This document shows positions 54,871 to 63,897 of a stretch of DNA of 64,000 nt, in pieces. A program made the translations under genes and the position numbers. Below the pieces are notes generated by a model, which had not been told where the DNA came from, ran no database searches, and saw only the letters and a program-made list of their open reading frames with translations. Location of the stretch: the NCBI GenBank assembly GCA_934444645.1, contig CAKSCV010000009.1, positions 20,439 to 84,438 of the forward strand, read 5' to 3'. Source of the stretch: an uncultured Eubacteriales bacterium (GTDB taxonomy: Bacteria; Bacillota; Clostridia; Oscillospirales; CAG-382). Positions within the stretch are counted from its first letter, which is position 1. The number at the start of each line of letters is the position of its first letter.

Positions 54871-54880
54871 GGAGGATGTC

Positions 54881-56353
54881 ATGAAATATTCACCCCAAAA
54901 ACCGCAAACGGCAACGAATGTTTTCGAAACCGAAACCGAACCGCAAACGGCGCAAAACGCTTCTTCCCGAAAAGGAAAAGACAAAAGCCGCGGCAAAAAA
55001 CGCCCGCGCTTCAAGCTCGGCTATTCGCTTATCTGCGTGTGCCTTGTGGCGATCGTCGCCGGTGCCAACGTGGCCTTTACCTACTTTAATATGGCCTATA
55101 CCACCGTTTCGATCACCTTTGCGGAAATTGCCAAAGGCTGCAACCCGGACGGCTCGCCGTTTGATATTTACGAGATGTTAAACGATGAGGTCTTGGAAAA
55201 AGCCTGTCAAAAATTAGATAATAAGGTGACACCCGAAATTCTGCGCGAGCACCTTTCGGTGACCGGGATCACCACCGACGGCAGCTTCAATGCCATTTGG
55301 CAGAATGTGCTTGACGGCAACGATACCTATTCGTATTTCCCGTCCAAATACAATATTTCGTATTCCATCGTGTCGGATGCCATCAAAGATGGCGGCATCG
55401 TCGCCTCGGTTCAAGCCTTTTTCCGGCATTTTACGCTGCCGCCGACCGAGCAGATTCTTTCGTGCGTGGCGCAAAGCTATAAAGAATACTATATCGAACG
55501 CTATGTTGTCATAGATTCCGTGTTCGAGGTCGATTGGACAAAAATCGGTGCACTCGATTATTATAACCGGGTAGAGGAAATGGATAACATGCTCAACCGC
55601 GTGGGAAGGTATTTGGAAAAACGCTATGACGGCAATACCAAATACCTCTCCGATTCGGGCGTCAGCTTCGGCGATCTCAGCGCCGAGGTCGCACGGCTTC
55701 GGACCAATGACCTTGGTGATTACAAGGCGTTTGTGATCCAAAACGGCGTTACCGCCGATAAGGATACGCTGTTAAAGCAGTTTCGGTACGTCGCCAAGGA
55801 AAATGCCGAAAAAACCGCCCGCAGCCGCGGCGAATACAACATTATGTTGGAGGGCATTTCGATATATGATCCGCTTGTGACCAAGGTGGTGTTCATTCCG
55901 GCTTTGGATGCCGATAACGTGTTCTATATGAACCGCACCAAAATCGGCATCGATTATTTGGTCGAAAAGGCCGATACGGCAAACTTAAAGGGAGATGAAA
56001 CCCAAAACACGGTGGATTACTGCAATTATCTTATCGAGCAGTTCAGCAGCGTCGGCGGCAATCAAAAATGGATGCGCGAGACGGCCGAGCAAAAATACGC
56101 TGCCGTTAAGGAAAAGATTGATGCACTTTTGGCGAAAGCTGCCGCCGTGAACCAAGAGTATATCGAGAACGTTTCCTATGAAACCGTTTCGTTAAGCCAT
56201 GTCGGCCGCGAAGTCGGTCTTATCTATGTTGTCGTCGAAGTCGTAAAGGTCACGGTCATTTTTTCGGCACTATTATATTTGTGGTGGCTTATCTGCTTAG
56301 GCTTCAAAAAGGCTAAGGCCGGGAAAGGAGAGAAAACGTATGCTGCTTCGTGA
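54881..56353 (+). CDS. Bitopic membrane protein with polysaccharide co-polymerase-like topology, family unknown
   Basis: A basic N-terminal tail is followed by TM1 (LGYSLICVCLVAIVAGANVAFTYF), about 400 soluble aa with a coiled-coil-like end, and a C-terminal TM (VTVIFSALLYLWWLICLGF). ATG 54881 lies behind AAGGAGGA. Confidence 0.4.
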   Translation: MKYSPQKPQTATNVFETETEPQTAQNASSRKGKDKSRGKKRPRFKLGYSLICVCLVAIVAGANVAFTYFNMAYTTVSITFAEIAKGCNPDGSPFDIYEMLNDEVLEKACQKLDNKVTPEILREHLSVTGITTDGSFNAIWQNVLDGNDTYSYFPSKYNISYSIVSDAIKDGGIVASVQAFFRHFTLPPTEQILSCVAQSYKEYYIERYVVIDSVFEVDWTKIGALDYYNRVEEMDNMLNRVGRYLEKRYDGNTKYLSDSGVSFGDLSAEVARLRTNDLGDYKAFVIQNGVTADKDTLLKQFRYVAKENAEKTARSRGEYNIMLEGISIYDPLVTKVVFIPALDADNVFYMNRTKIGIDYLVEKADTANLKGDETQNTVDYCNYLIEQFSSVGGNQKWMRETAEQKYAAVKEKIDALLAKAAAVNQEYIENVSYETVSLSHVGREVGLIYVVVEVVKVTVIFSALLYLWWLICLGFKKAKAGKGEKTYAAS

Positions 56354-57758
56354 TTATTTGTTCGGCATTTTCGAATATCGGAGAATCACGGCGTTTCTCG
56401 TGGCGGTAAGCGTGCTTCTTTGTACTGCAAACTTAAAAATGTCGGAAAACTATACGGCGCAGATCGTCATCAAGTATACCGATCCGCGTGCCGAAGAGGG
56501 GCTTACCGAAAACGGCAGACAAATCAACCCTTATGAGATAAACAGTCCGCTTGTGGTGAAAAATGCGCTGTCGGTGTTGGGCTTGAAGAACGTCAGCACC
56601 GAAGTTGTGTGCAGCAGCTTGACCATCACGCCGATCGTTCCGACGGCGGAGGACGAAAAATATGCCTCTTGGATCGCCCAGTTTTCGGATTACGAAAATA
56701 CCGAGGAACAAAAACGCCATACGGTTTACTATTCGGTAAAATTCACCACTTCTTTAGGCAAGGACTACGCAAAACGCGTGTTGAATGCCGTCATCAGCCA
56801 ATACCGCCTGTATTACGTGGAAAATTACACCTTTAACAAGGATATTACCAATCTTTCGGGCGAAGCCGCCTTGGAGTATGATTACTACGATACGGTGGAT
56901 ATGTTGCGCAAAAAAATCAATAAAAACATCGAGTATCTGACGCAGATCGCCTCCGACGATGTCGATTACCGCTCACCGCAGAACGGCTATTCCCTGACCG
57001 ACCTTGCCGCCGAGTATAAGCTGCTTGCCGAGCGGGACCTGTCGGTTGCTGAGCGGACGGTGGTCGAAAACGGCTTGGCGAAAAACGCACTGTCGCTGAA
57101 GAATACGCTGCAGAACAAAATGACGCTGGCTTCGTATGACATCGAGCTGAACACGAATATGTCGGAAACCCAAAAGACGCTCATGGACGTGTATTCCGAA
57201 AAGAACAAACAGTATCTTTGGGACGAACAGCACGCCATCGACGGTATCTACGGCACCGGCACCGTCGGTTCGCAGGTGCGCGAGAATATCGAACGCAATA
57301 CGGCGTATGTCCAAGGCACCTCGGTGTATGACCGCCTTGTGCTCGATTACGTGCGCTACAAAACCACTGCCTTGAACGCCGAGATCGACCGGCAGCGTTA
57401 CGAAACCGATGCCGCTGGCTTTTCCGACATGTCCGGCAACACCGCGCTTCGCGGCGATTTGGAGAAGCGGCTGCAAAGCACCTGCGACAGCTTTAATGCG
57501 CTGTATGCCCTTACCAAAAAAACGTTGACCGACTATAATTCTTATAAGGCTGCGCAGAGCATCACCTGTATTTCGGGCGTGGTCGCGCATAAAACCGCCA
57601 ATACGATCTTCTTGTATGCCGTCAGCTTTGTGCTTGCGGTGATGATGGGGCTCTTTATCAGCGGCGTTTTGGTGTATATCAAAAGGCGCGAGAAACAGCC
57701 GAGAGCTTCGGAAAATTCGGAAGAATCCCGTTCGCCCGAGAGCGAACAAACAATCTAA
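56340..57758 (+). CDS. Wzz-like chain-length determinant (polysaccharide co-polymerase) protein
   Basis: TM1 (ITAFLVAVSVLLCTANL) is followed by a YTAQIVIKY start typical of Wzz domains, a long helical region and a C-terminal TM (IFLYAVSFVLAVMMGLFISGVLVYI). There is no kinase domain. The gene overlaps the upstream gene by 14 nt. Confidence 0.55.
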   Translation: MLLRDYLFGIFEYRRITAFLVAVSVLLCTANLKMSENYTAQIVIKYTDPRAEEGLTENGRQINPYEINSPLVVKNALSVLGLKNVSTEVVCSSLTITPIVPTAEDEKYASWIAQFSDYENTEEQKRHTVYYSVKFTTSLGKDYAKRVLNAVISQYRLYYVENYTFNKDITNLSGEAALEYDYYDTVDMLRKKINKNIEYLTQIASDDVDYRSPQNGYSLTDLAAEYKLLAERDLSVAERTVVENGLAKNALSLKNTLQNKMTLASYDIELNTNMSETQKTLMDVYSEKNKQYLWDEQHAIDGIYGTGTVGSQVRENIERNTAYVQGTSVYDRLVLDYVRYKTTALNAEIDRQRYETDAAGFSDMSGNTALRGDLEKRLQSTCDSFNALYALTKKTLTDYNSYKAAQSITCISGVVAHKTANTIFLYAVSFVLAVMMGLFISGVLVYIKRREKQPRASENSEESRSPESEQTI

Positions 57759-57783
57759 ACCGGCACAGTAGAGGCAAAACCGC

Positions 57784-58905
57784 ATGAAAAAAGTTCTGTT
57801 TGTTGCGACAGTGGTAAAAACGCATATCCGTGTGTTCCATCTGCCGTATATCCAAATGTTCAAGGAGCATGGCTATCGGACGGTGGTCGCCGCCAAAAAC
57901 GATTTCGCGGACGGCAAGACCGAAATCCCGTATTGTGATACGTTTGTCGATGTTCCGTTTGCACGAAATCCGTTTAGCCCGCGCAATATCCGCGCGTATA
58001 AAATGCTGAAAGCCGTTTTGGAAAAGGAAGATTTCGATATCATCGAGTGCAACACGCCCGTTGCAGGCGCACTCGCACGGCTTGCCGCACGAAAGGCACG
58101 CAAAAAGGGCACAAAGGTTGTTTATATCGCTCACGGCTTCCACTTTTTCAAGGGAGGATCGCTTGCGGCGTGGCTCTTATTCTACCCGGCGGAAAAACTC
58201 CTTGCACCCTTGACGGATGTTCTTGTGACCATCAACAGAGAGGATTACGACGTAGCCGTCAAGCATTTCAAAGCAAAAAAAATCGTGCAGATATCCGGTA
58301 TCGGCGTCGATTTGGAACGCTTTGAGAATTGTCATCCTGACCGCGAAAAGCTCCGAAGCTCCTTCGGCGTGGCAGAAAACGATATGCTTCTCATTTCGGT
58401 CGGTGAGCTGCGCAAATTGAAAAATCACAAAACCGTGATCCAAGCCATGGCAAAAACCGGCAATCCGCATATCCACTATATCGTCGCCGGATGCGGCCCG
58501 ACGGAACAAGAGCTGTATCAAACCGCCGAAAAGCTCGGCGTGCGTGAACGCGTGCATTTGATCGGCTTTCACGACGATATTCCGGAGCTTTTGAAAGCAA
58601 GCGATGTTTTCTGCTTTCCGTCCACCCGTGAGGGAATGCCGGTTTCTTTGACCGAAGCGATGGCAGCCTCTCTTCCGGCAGTGGCGTCCAATGTGCGCGG
58701 CAACCGGGATTTGATCGTCCCGGAAAAGGGCGGTTATCTGTTTGCACCGCACGATGTCGACGGCTTTGCGAAAGCCTTGCAAACCTTGGCAGAGCAGCCG
58801 GAATTACGCAAACAAATGGGTGAATTCAACCGGAATTATGTCCAAAGCTGCGACTTGAAAATCGTGAAACAACAGCTGTCGGATATTTATTTCGGCGCAG
58901 AATAA
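57784..58905 (+). CDS. Glycosyltransferase family 4 (GT-B)
   Basis: The N-terminus reads KVLFVATVVKTHI and the C-terminus has the E-x7-E region FPSTREGMPVSLTEAMAASLP. Confidence 0.8.
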   Translation: MKKVLFVATVVKTHIRVFHLPYIQMFKEHGYRTVVAAKNDFADGKTEIPYCDTFVDVPFARNPFSPRNIRAYKMLKAVLEKEDFDIIECNTPVAGALARLAARKARKKGTKVVYIAHGFHFFKGGSLAAWLLFYPAEKLLAPLTDVLVTINREDYDVAVKHFKAKKIVQISGIGVDLERFENCHPDREKLRSSFGVAENDMLLISVGELRKLKNHKTVIQAMAKTGNPHIHYIVAGCGPTEQELYQTAEKLGVRERVHLIGFHDDIPELLKASDVFCFPSTREGMPVSLTEAMAASLPAVASNVRGNRDLIVPEKGGYLFAPHDVDGFAKALQTLAEQPELRKQMGEFNRNYVQSCDLKIVKQQLSDIYFGAE

Positions 58906-58925
58906 CTTGTAAATGAGGTGAAGCC

Positions 58926-59909
58926 GTGTCTGCGGCCTATGAATACAGCTTTATCGTGCCGGTCTACAACGCCGAAAAGCACCTTGCGGAATGCCTGGAC
59001 AGCCTTGTGAACCAGGGCGAACGGTGCGAGCTTGTGCTTGTGGACGACGGCTCTGCCGATTCGTCCGGCAGGATCTGCGACGCCTATGCCGAAAGCTGTG
59101 AGCGCGTGCACGTCTTTCACCGCCCGAACGGAGGACCTGCCGCCGCACGCAATTTCGGTCTTGAAAACGCGCAGGGTGCATACTGCATTTTCGTCGATTC
59201 CGACGATTTTATCAGCGCAGGTTTCATCGAAAGATTAGAGAAAACCTGCGGCAAAGACAAAGCGGATCTCATTTTTTACAACATCGAGAAACGCTTCGCC
59301 GACGGCCGTTCGGAACCCATGGCGGAGGGCTTAAAAAGGGAACAGATCGCCGGAAAAACGCCTGAAGAGGTGCTTGCCGCCCTTGCCGCCTGCGCCAAAT
59401 TTCCGGCAAGCACGGGCGGAAAAATCGTCAAAACCGCTTTGTTAAACGAAAATCATATCCGCTTTCCCGACAACCTCGTCGGGGAGGATATCGATTGGAC
59501 TTTACAGCTGCTTTATTCTATGAAAAGCGCGGATGTGTTTACCGAGGGCACGTATTTCTATCGGATAGCGCCCGACAGCCGCCGTGCCTTCGGCAGGGAA
59601 AAAAGCGTGGCGGATCAGCTGACCATCCTCGAAAACTGGCTTGAAAAAACCGAAAATCATCCGAACCGGCCGTATTTCCTGTCGTTCTTAGCCTATCAAT
59701 ATGCAATTTGCCTGCCGTTTTACGGTGCGTTGCCGTCCGAAACGAAAGCCGCCTATACCGCGCGTATCAAAAGCTTGCGTTTCCTGTTATCCTATGGCAA
59801 AACGCGGAAAATCCGCTTAATTCGTTTGGCGGTGAAGCTGTTCGGCATCCGAGCGGCATCGCGGCTTTTATATACCTATGTTGTAAAAAGGGATGAAACA
59901 CGTGACTGA
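58926..59909 (+). CDS. Glycosyltransferase family 2 (GT-A)
   Basis: FIVPVYNAEKHLAECLDSL, VDDGSADSS and the DxD motif in FVDSDD are present. The start is GTG behind GAGGTG. Confidence 0.8.
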   Translation: MSAAYEYSFIVPVYNAEKHLAECLDSLVNQGERCELVLVDDGSADSSGRICDAYAESCERVHVFHRPNGGPAAARNFGLENAQGAYCIFVDSDDFISAGFIERLEKTCGKDKADLIFYNIEKRFADGRSEPMAEGLKREQIAGKTPEEVLAALAACAKFPASTGGKIVKTALLNENHIRFPDNLVGEDIDWTLQLLYSMKSADVFTEGTYFYRIAPDSRRAFGREKSVADQLTILENWLEKTENHPNRPYFLSFLAYQYAICLPFYGALPSETKAAYTARIKSLRFLLSYGKTRKIRLIRLAVKLFGIRAASRLLYTYVVKRDETRD

Positions 59910-61005
59910 AAAGAGAAAGAGTATTTTGGTCGCGGCGCAAAATCTGCATATCGGCGGTGTGCAGGCCGCGCTTGTGAATTATCTGAAAGAGCTTTCCCGC
60001 AACGGTTTCTATGACATCGATGTTTTTGCCTTCACCGGCGGCACTTTGCAGGGAAAACTGCCAAAAGGCATCAGTCTTACGTTCGGTGGTAAATGCCTGC
60101 AGCTGTCAGCGACCTCGTTTGATGAGATCCGCCAAAGCGGCCGCGTTTTTGACCGGCTGTTACGTGTCTTTGTGACGGCGTTTGCCAAAACTTTCGGCGC
60201 AGAGCGGTTTTATCGGCTGTGCTTTTGGCATAAGAAGCCGAAAAAAACGTATGATGTCGCTGTTTCGTATTTTACCGATGTCCCGGTCGGCGTGTTCAAT
60301 AAAGGAACCAATCTGTATATTGCCGATTATGTGACAGCCGCCGAAAAGCTTGCCTTTGTGCATACCGATCCGCTTTTGAGCGGCTTTGATAAAGCGTATT
60401 GCCGCCGCATTTACCGGCCGTTTGACAGAATTGTCTGTGTTTCGGATGCTGTTCGTGAAAAATTCAACATATTGCTTCCCGAATATAAAGAGAAAACCGA
60501 AACAAGGCATACGGTGTTTGATGCGGACGAAATCAAAGCCCAGGCGGCGGCGTATGAGCCGTTTGAAAAATCTGCCTTTGACATCGTGACGGTCGCCAGA
60601 ATCGATAACGCCTCCAAGCGCATTGACGGCATCGTCCGTTTGTGCGCACGGCTAAAAGGCTGCGGAAAGACTGCCTTTACCTGGCGTATTGTCGGCGACG
60701 GCCCGGATCGGAAAAGCAATGAAGCCCTTGCCAAGGAGCTTGGCGTTGCGGAGCTTGTCCGCTTTGAGGGACAAAAGCAAAATCCCTATCCGTATATCGC
60801 CAAATCCGATTTGTTTGCGCTGTATTCAGCCTATGAAGGGTATCCGCTTGTCGTCGGCGAAGCGCTCATTTTGCACACACCCATCCTCACGACCGCCTAT
60901 GCGGCGGCAAAGGAGCAGATTCCGAAGGATGGCGGCGTGATTGCTCAAACGGACGAAGCATTTTTCGAGGCATTATGTGCGCGCATTGACGATTCTGCCC
61001 GTTGA
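59893..61005 (+). CDS. Glycosyltransferase, GT-B fold (GT4-like)
   Basis: The N-terminus reads ILVAAQNLHIGGVQ and the C-terminus reads SAYEGYPLVVGEALILHTP. The gene overlaps the upstream gene by 17 nt. Confidence 0.7.
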   Translation: MKHVTEKRKSILVAAQNLHIGGVQAALVNYLKELSRNGFYDIDVFAFTGGTLQGKLPKGISLTFGGKCLQLSATSFDEIRQSGRVFDRLLRVFVTAFAKTFGAERFYRLCFWHKKPKKTYDVAVSYFTDVPVGVFNKGTNLYIADYVTAAEKLAFVHTDPLLSGFDKAYCRRIYRPFDRIVCVSDAVREKFNILLPEYKEKTETRHTVFDADEIKAQAAAYEPFEKSAFDIVTVARIDNASKRIDGIVRLCARLKGCGKTAFTWRIVGDGPDRKSNEALAKELGVAELVRFEGQKQNPYPYIAKSDLFALYSAYEGYPLVVGEALILHTPILTTAYAAAKEQIPKDGGVIAQTDEAFFEALCARIDDSAR

Positions 61006-61068
61006 TTCTTCGACAGCACCTGACGGCACGCATCAAAAACGAAACAAAAACAGAACGGCGGTGTACGG

Positions 61069-62121
61069 ATGAATCCGAAACTCAGCATTATTGTCCCGGT
61101 GTATCGGGCGGAAAAAACGCTTGAAAAATGCCTTGACAGCCTTTTGGCACAGCCTTATAAGGAGATTGAAATCGTGCTTGCGGACGATGCTTCGCCCGAC
61201 ACGAGCGGCAAACTATGCGATGCCTATGCGCAGAAATACGATTGTATCAAGGTGCTGCATAAGGAACACGGCGGTCCGACGCATACCCGCAAAGCGGGAC
61301 TTGCAGCCGCAAGCGGCGATTATATTTCGTTTGTTGACAGCGACGATTATGTCGAGCCGGAAATGTTTGAAGTGATGATGCAAAAAATCACCGAAACCGA
61401 CGCGGACATTTGCATTTGCGGAATCGCCGTCGATATTGACGGAAAACGCACGTCGATGTACGGCGATATGCCGGAAGGCTTGTATGACAAAACACGTTTG
61501 GAACAAGAGGTCTATCCCGAAATGCTGTTTTCGGAAGCCTTGCAAAATCCCCTGATCACGCCGAGCTTATGTAATAAGATTTTTCGAAAGGACATTATCG
61601 AGCCGGTTTTATCGACCGCCGACGACAGCATTTTCTATGGGGAAGACGCCGCCTGCACCTACCCATGTATGCTCGACGCGCAGCGCGTGTATATTTTACA
61701 GAATCGATATTATTATGTCTACCGCCAAACACGCCGGTCTATCACAAAATCCTACGACAAACGGCTGCTTGAAAAAATTCTTGCACTGGTGGATGTGTTG
61801 GATAAGGAGTGCTCCAAACGGCAGTATGATGTGACCGTGCAGCTTGACAATTATGCGGCCGTTCAGCTTTTGTTTGCCGTTCGCAGTGAGCTTCTGCACA
61901 ACAAGGAGCTGCCGCTTGCCGGACGCGTGAAAAAACTGAAAGCCTATTTGTCCGAGCCGCGTTTTGAGCGCGTTTATGAAACGGTTCGGAACGGAAATCT
62001 CGGAAAAAAGGTGAAAACCAAGATACGCCTTGCCGAAAAAAAGCACTTGTATCTGTTATTTTTGTTATGCTTCTTTAAGGAAAAAGTTTTGCAGTTAAAG
62101 GGTCATTACCATGAAGGATAA
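61069..62121 (+). CDS. Glycosyltransferase family 2 (GT-A)
   Basis: SIIVPVYRAEKTLEKCLDSL, ADDASPDTS and FVDSDD are present. Confidence 0.8.
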   Translation: MNPKLSIIVPVYRAEKTLEKCLDSLLAQPYKEIEIVLADDASPDTSGKLCDAYAQKYDCIKVLHKEHGGPTHTRKAGLAAASGDYISFVDSDDYVEPEMFEVMMQKITETDADICICGIAVDIDGKRTSMYGDMPEGLYDKTRLEQEVYPEMLFSEALQNPLITPSLCNKIFRKDIIEPVLSTADDSIFYGEDAACTYPCMLDAQRVYILQNRYYYVYRQTRRSITKSYDKRLLEKILALVDVLDKECSKRQYDVTVQLDNYAAVQLLFAVRSELLHNKELPLAGRVKKLKAYLSEPRFERVYETVRNGNLGKKVKTKIRLAEKKHLYLLFLLCFFKEKVLQLKGHYHEG

Positions 62122-63631
62122 AACGGAAAAAAACAGCCTCGGACGGCAAACGCGTGCCAATCTTGCCGTGTCCGTGCTGTACCAGATCGTTGCCGCCGCG
62201 TGTTCCTTGATCCTGCCGCGGTTCATCTTGCGTGCGTTCGGCTCGGAGGTCAACGGCCTTATGCAGTCGATCAATCAGTTACTCAGCTATACCATGCTCA
62301 TGGAATGCGGTGTCGGCGGTCAGATCCTCGCGTCCTTTTACAAGCCGCTTGCCGATAAGGACGAGAAAGCGGTTTCGGATGTCTTTAATTATTCGCGCAG
62401 CTTTTTTAATAAAATTTCGTATGTATACATGGGCTTTGCGGTGCTTTTGGCACTTACTGCCAAGCAGGTCATCCGCACCGAACATACGTATCTCTACGTT
62501 TTCACGCTTGTGCTCATTCTCGGCATCAGCTATTATTTTTCGTATTACTTTGCTTTAACGCAGCGAATCCTTATCCGTGCCGACCAAAAGATTCGCATTG
62601 TGCAGGGCGTGCAAAGCGTGACGTTGGTTCTCAATGCCGTAATCTGCGTTGCCGCTATCCGTTTCGGATGCGGCATTCATGCCGTCAAGTTAGTCAGCGC
62701 GGTCGTGTTTTTGCTCAATCCGCTGTTTTTCCGCTTTTATGTCAACAAGCACTACCACATTCGTAAGGAACCGTATGACAGCAAACGCACCTTTCCGCGT
62801 AAGCGGGATGCCATGGTGCATCAGATCGCCTTTTTCGTCCATATGAATACCGACATTGTGTTGATTTCGGCGGCTTGCGGCTCGAAAGAGGTGTCGGTGT
62901 ATTCGGTGTATAATGCGGTGCTGTATGCGATTCAGACGTTTTTCACCACCGTGTCGGACAGCCTTTCGGCGGCCATCGGCAATTTTATTGCCAAAGGCGA
63001 AGAAAACGCCTTGCAGACGTCGTTTGAGCTGTATCGAACCGTCAATACCGCGGCGGTGACGTTTGCGTGCGTGGTCGAAGCAATCATGATTTTGCCGTTT
63101 GTGCGCATTTACACAAGCGGGGTTACGGATGCGCTGTATATTCGTCCGCTTTTTGCGTATACCATGATTGCGGCACAGTGGTTTTTCTGCATGCGGATCC
63201 CGTATAACAACACCATTTATGCTGCCGGGCAATATCGGGAAACAAAGCTTGGGGCGTATTTGGAGGTGCTTTTGAATCTGTCGCTTTCGCTTGTGTTATT
63301 AAAGCCTTTTGGCATTTTCGGCGTCGCGCTGGGAACGCTCGTTGCCATGGCGGCAAGAGCCGTATATATGGCTTGGTATCTGTCGAAGCATCTGTTGCAC
63401 CGGAAATTGCGCTTGTTTTTCAAGGATACCGTGCTTCATGCGGCATTTGGTGTGCTTCTTGTTTGGGGCAGCTCCAAAGTGTTGGCGGTCACGGCGGACA
63501 ACCTATGGGTTTGGACGCTATATGCTGCCGGTGTAAGCGTTTGTGTCTTGTTAGCGTTAGTGCTTTTCAATTTGCTTGTGAACCGCAAGACGCTTGCGGA
63601 TTTGCGTAAACGGCTGAAACGGAGGGCTTGA
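62111..63631 (+). CDS. Polysaccharide flippase (Wzx, MOP superfamily)
   Basis: The protein is 506 aa with about 14 TM segments and has polysaccharide-biosynthesis-protein character. The gene overlaps the upstream GT2 by 11 nt. Confidence 0.7.
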   Translation: MKDKTEKNSLGRQTRANLAVSVLYQIVAAACSLILPRFILRAFGSEVNGLMQSINQLLSYTMLMECGVGGQILASFYKPLADKDEKAVSDVFNYSRSFFNKISYVYMGFAVLLALTAKQVIRTEHTYLYVFTLVLILGISYYFSYYFALTQRILIRADQKIRIVQGVQSVTLVLNAVICVAAIRFGCGIHAVKLVSAVVFLLNPLFFRFYVNKHYHIRKEPYDSKRTFPRKRDAMVHQIAFFVHMNTDIVLISAACGSKEVSVYSVYNAVLYAIQTFFTTVSDSLSAAIGNFIAKGEENALQTSFELYRTVNTAAVTFACVVEAIMILPFVRIYTSGVTDALYIRPLFAYTMIAAQWFFCMRIPYNNTIYAAGQYRETKLGAYLEVLLNLSLSLVLLKPFGIFGVALGTLVAMAARAVYMAWYLSKHLLHRKLRLFFKDTVLHAAFGVLLVWGSSKVLAVTADNLWVWTLYAAGVSVCVLLALVLFNLLVNRKTLADLRKRLKRRA

Positions 63632-63632
63632 A

Positions 63633-63671
63633 CGAGGTTTGCAGAACCGCGGGGCTTTCCGGAAAGGGAAA
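63633..63671. repeat. Intergenic repeat, copy 1 (39 nt)
   Basis: CGAGGTTTGCAGAACCGCGGGGCTTTCCGGAAAGGGAAA matches copy 2 at 33 of 39 positions by hand alignment. Confidence 0.7.
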
Positions 63672-63676
63672 GGCTT

Positions 63677-63715
63677 TTTTGCATACTTTTTGTGCTTAAC
63701 AAAAAGTATGCAAAA
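63677..63715. repeat. Perfect 17-bp inverted repeat (hairpin) following repeat copy 1
   Basis: TTTTGCATACTTTTTGT (63677-63693), loop GCTTA, then ACAAAAAGTATGCAAAA (63699-63715). It is AT-rich with no trailing T-run, so it is not a classic terminator. Confidence 0.85.
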
Positions 63716-63826
63716 GTTCCCGACAGGGAACGTCCAAAGGGCGGCTTTGCCGCCGAAAAAATAGCCGCGGAGCGGCAAAAGGATTTAATTTGGTTTGTGC
63801 GAGTTTGTTGTCTGTGTGTGCTGCTT

Positions 63827-63865
63827 CGAGGTTTGGAAAACCTCGAAGCTTCCCGGAAAGGGAAA
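63827..63865. repeat. Intergenic repeat, copy 2 (39 nt)
   Basis: CGAGGTTTGGAAAACCTCGAAGCTTCCCGGAAAGGGAAA. Its first part belongs to a 12-bp hairpin, GCTTCGAGGTTT / AAACCTCGAAGC (63823-63849). Confidence 0.7.
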
Positions 63866-63874
63866 CGAGTTGTC

Positions 63875-63897
63875 ACTTTTTGCATCGTGCAAAAAGT
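63875..63897. repeat. 10-bp inverted repeat following repeat copy 2
   Basis: ACTTTTTGCA, loop TCG, then TGCAAAAAGT. It shares the CTTTTTGCA core with the hairpin after copy 1. Confidence 0.8.

Noticed and set aside
56973-57863. 296-aa ORF antisense to the Wzz-like gene and the GT4 start
   Set aside because: It crosses an intergenic region and two co-directional genes. Its composition is typical of antisense frames.
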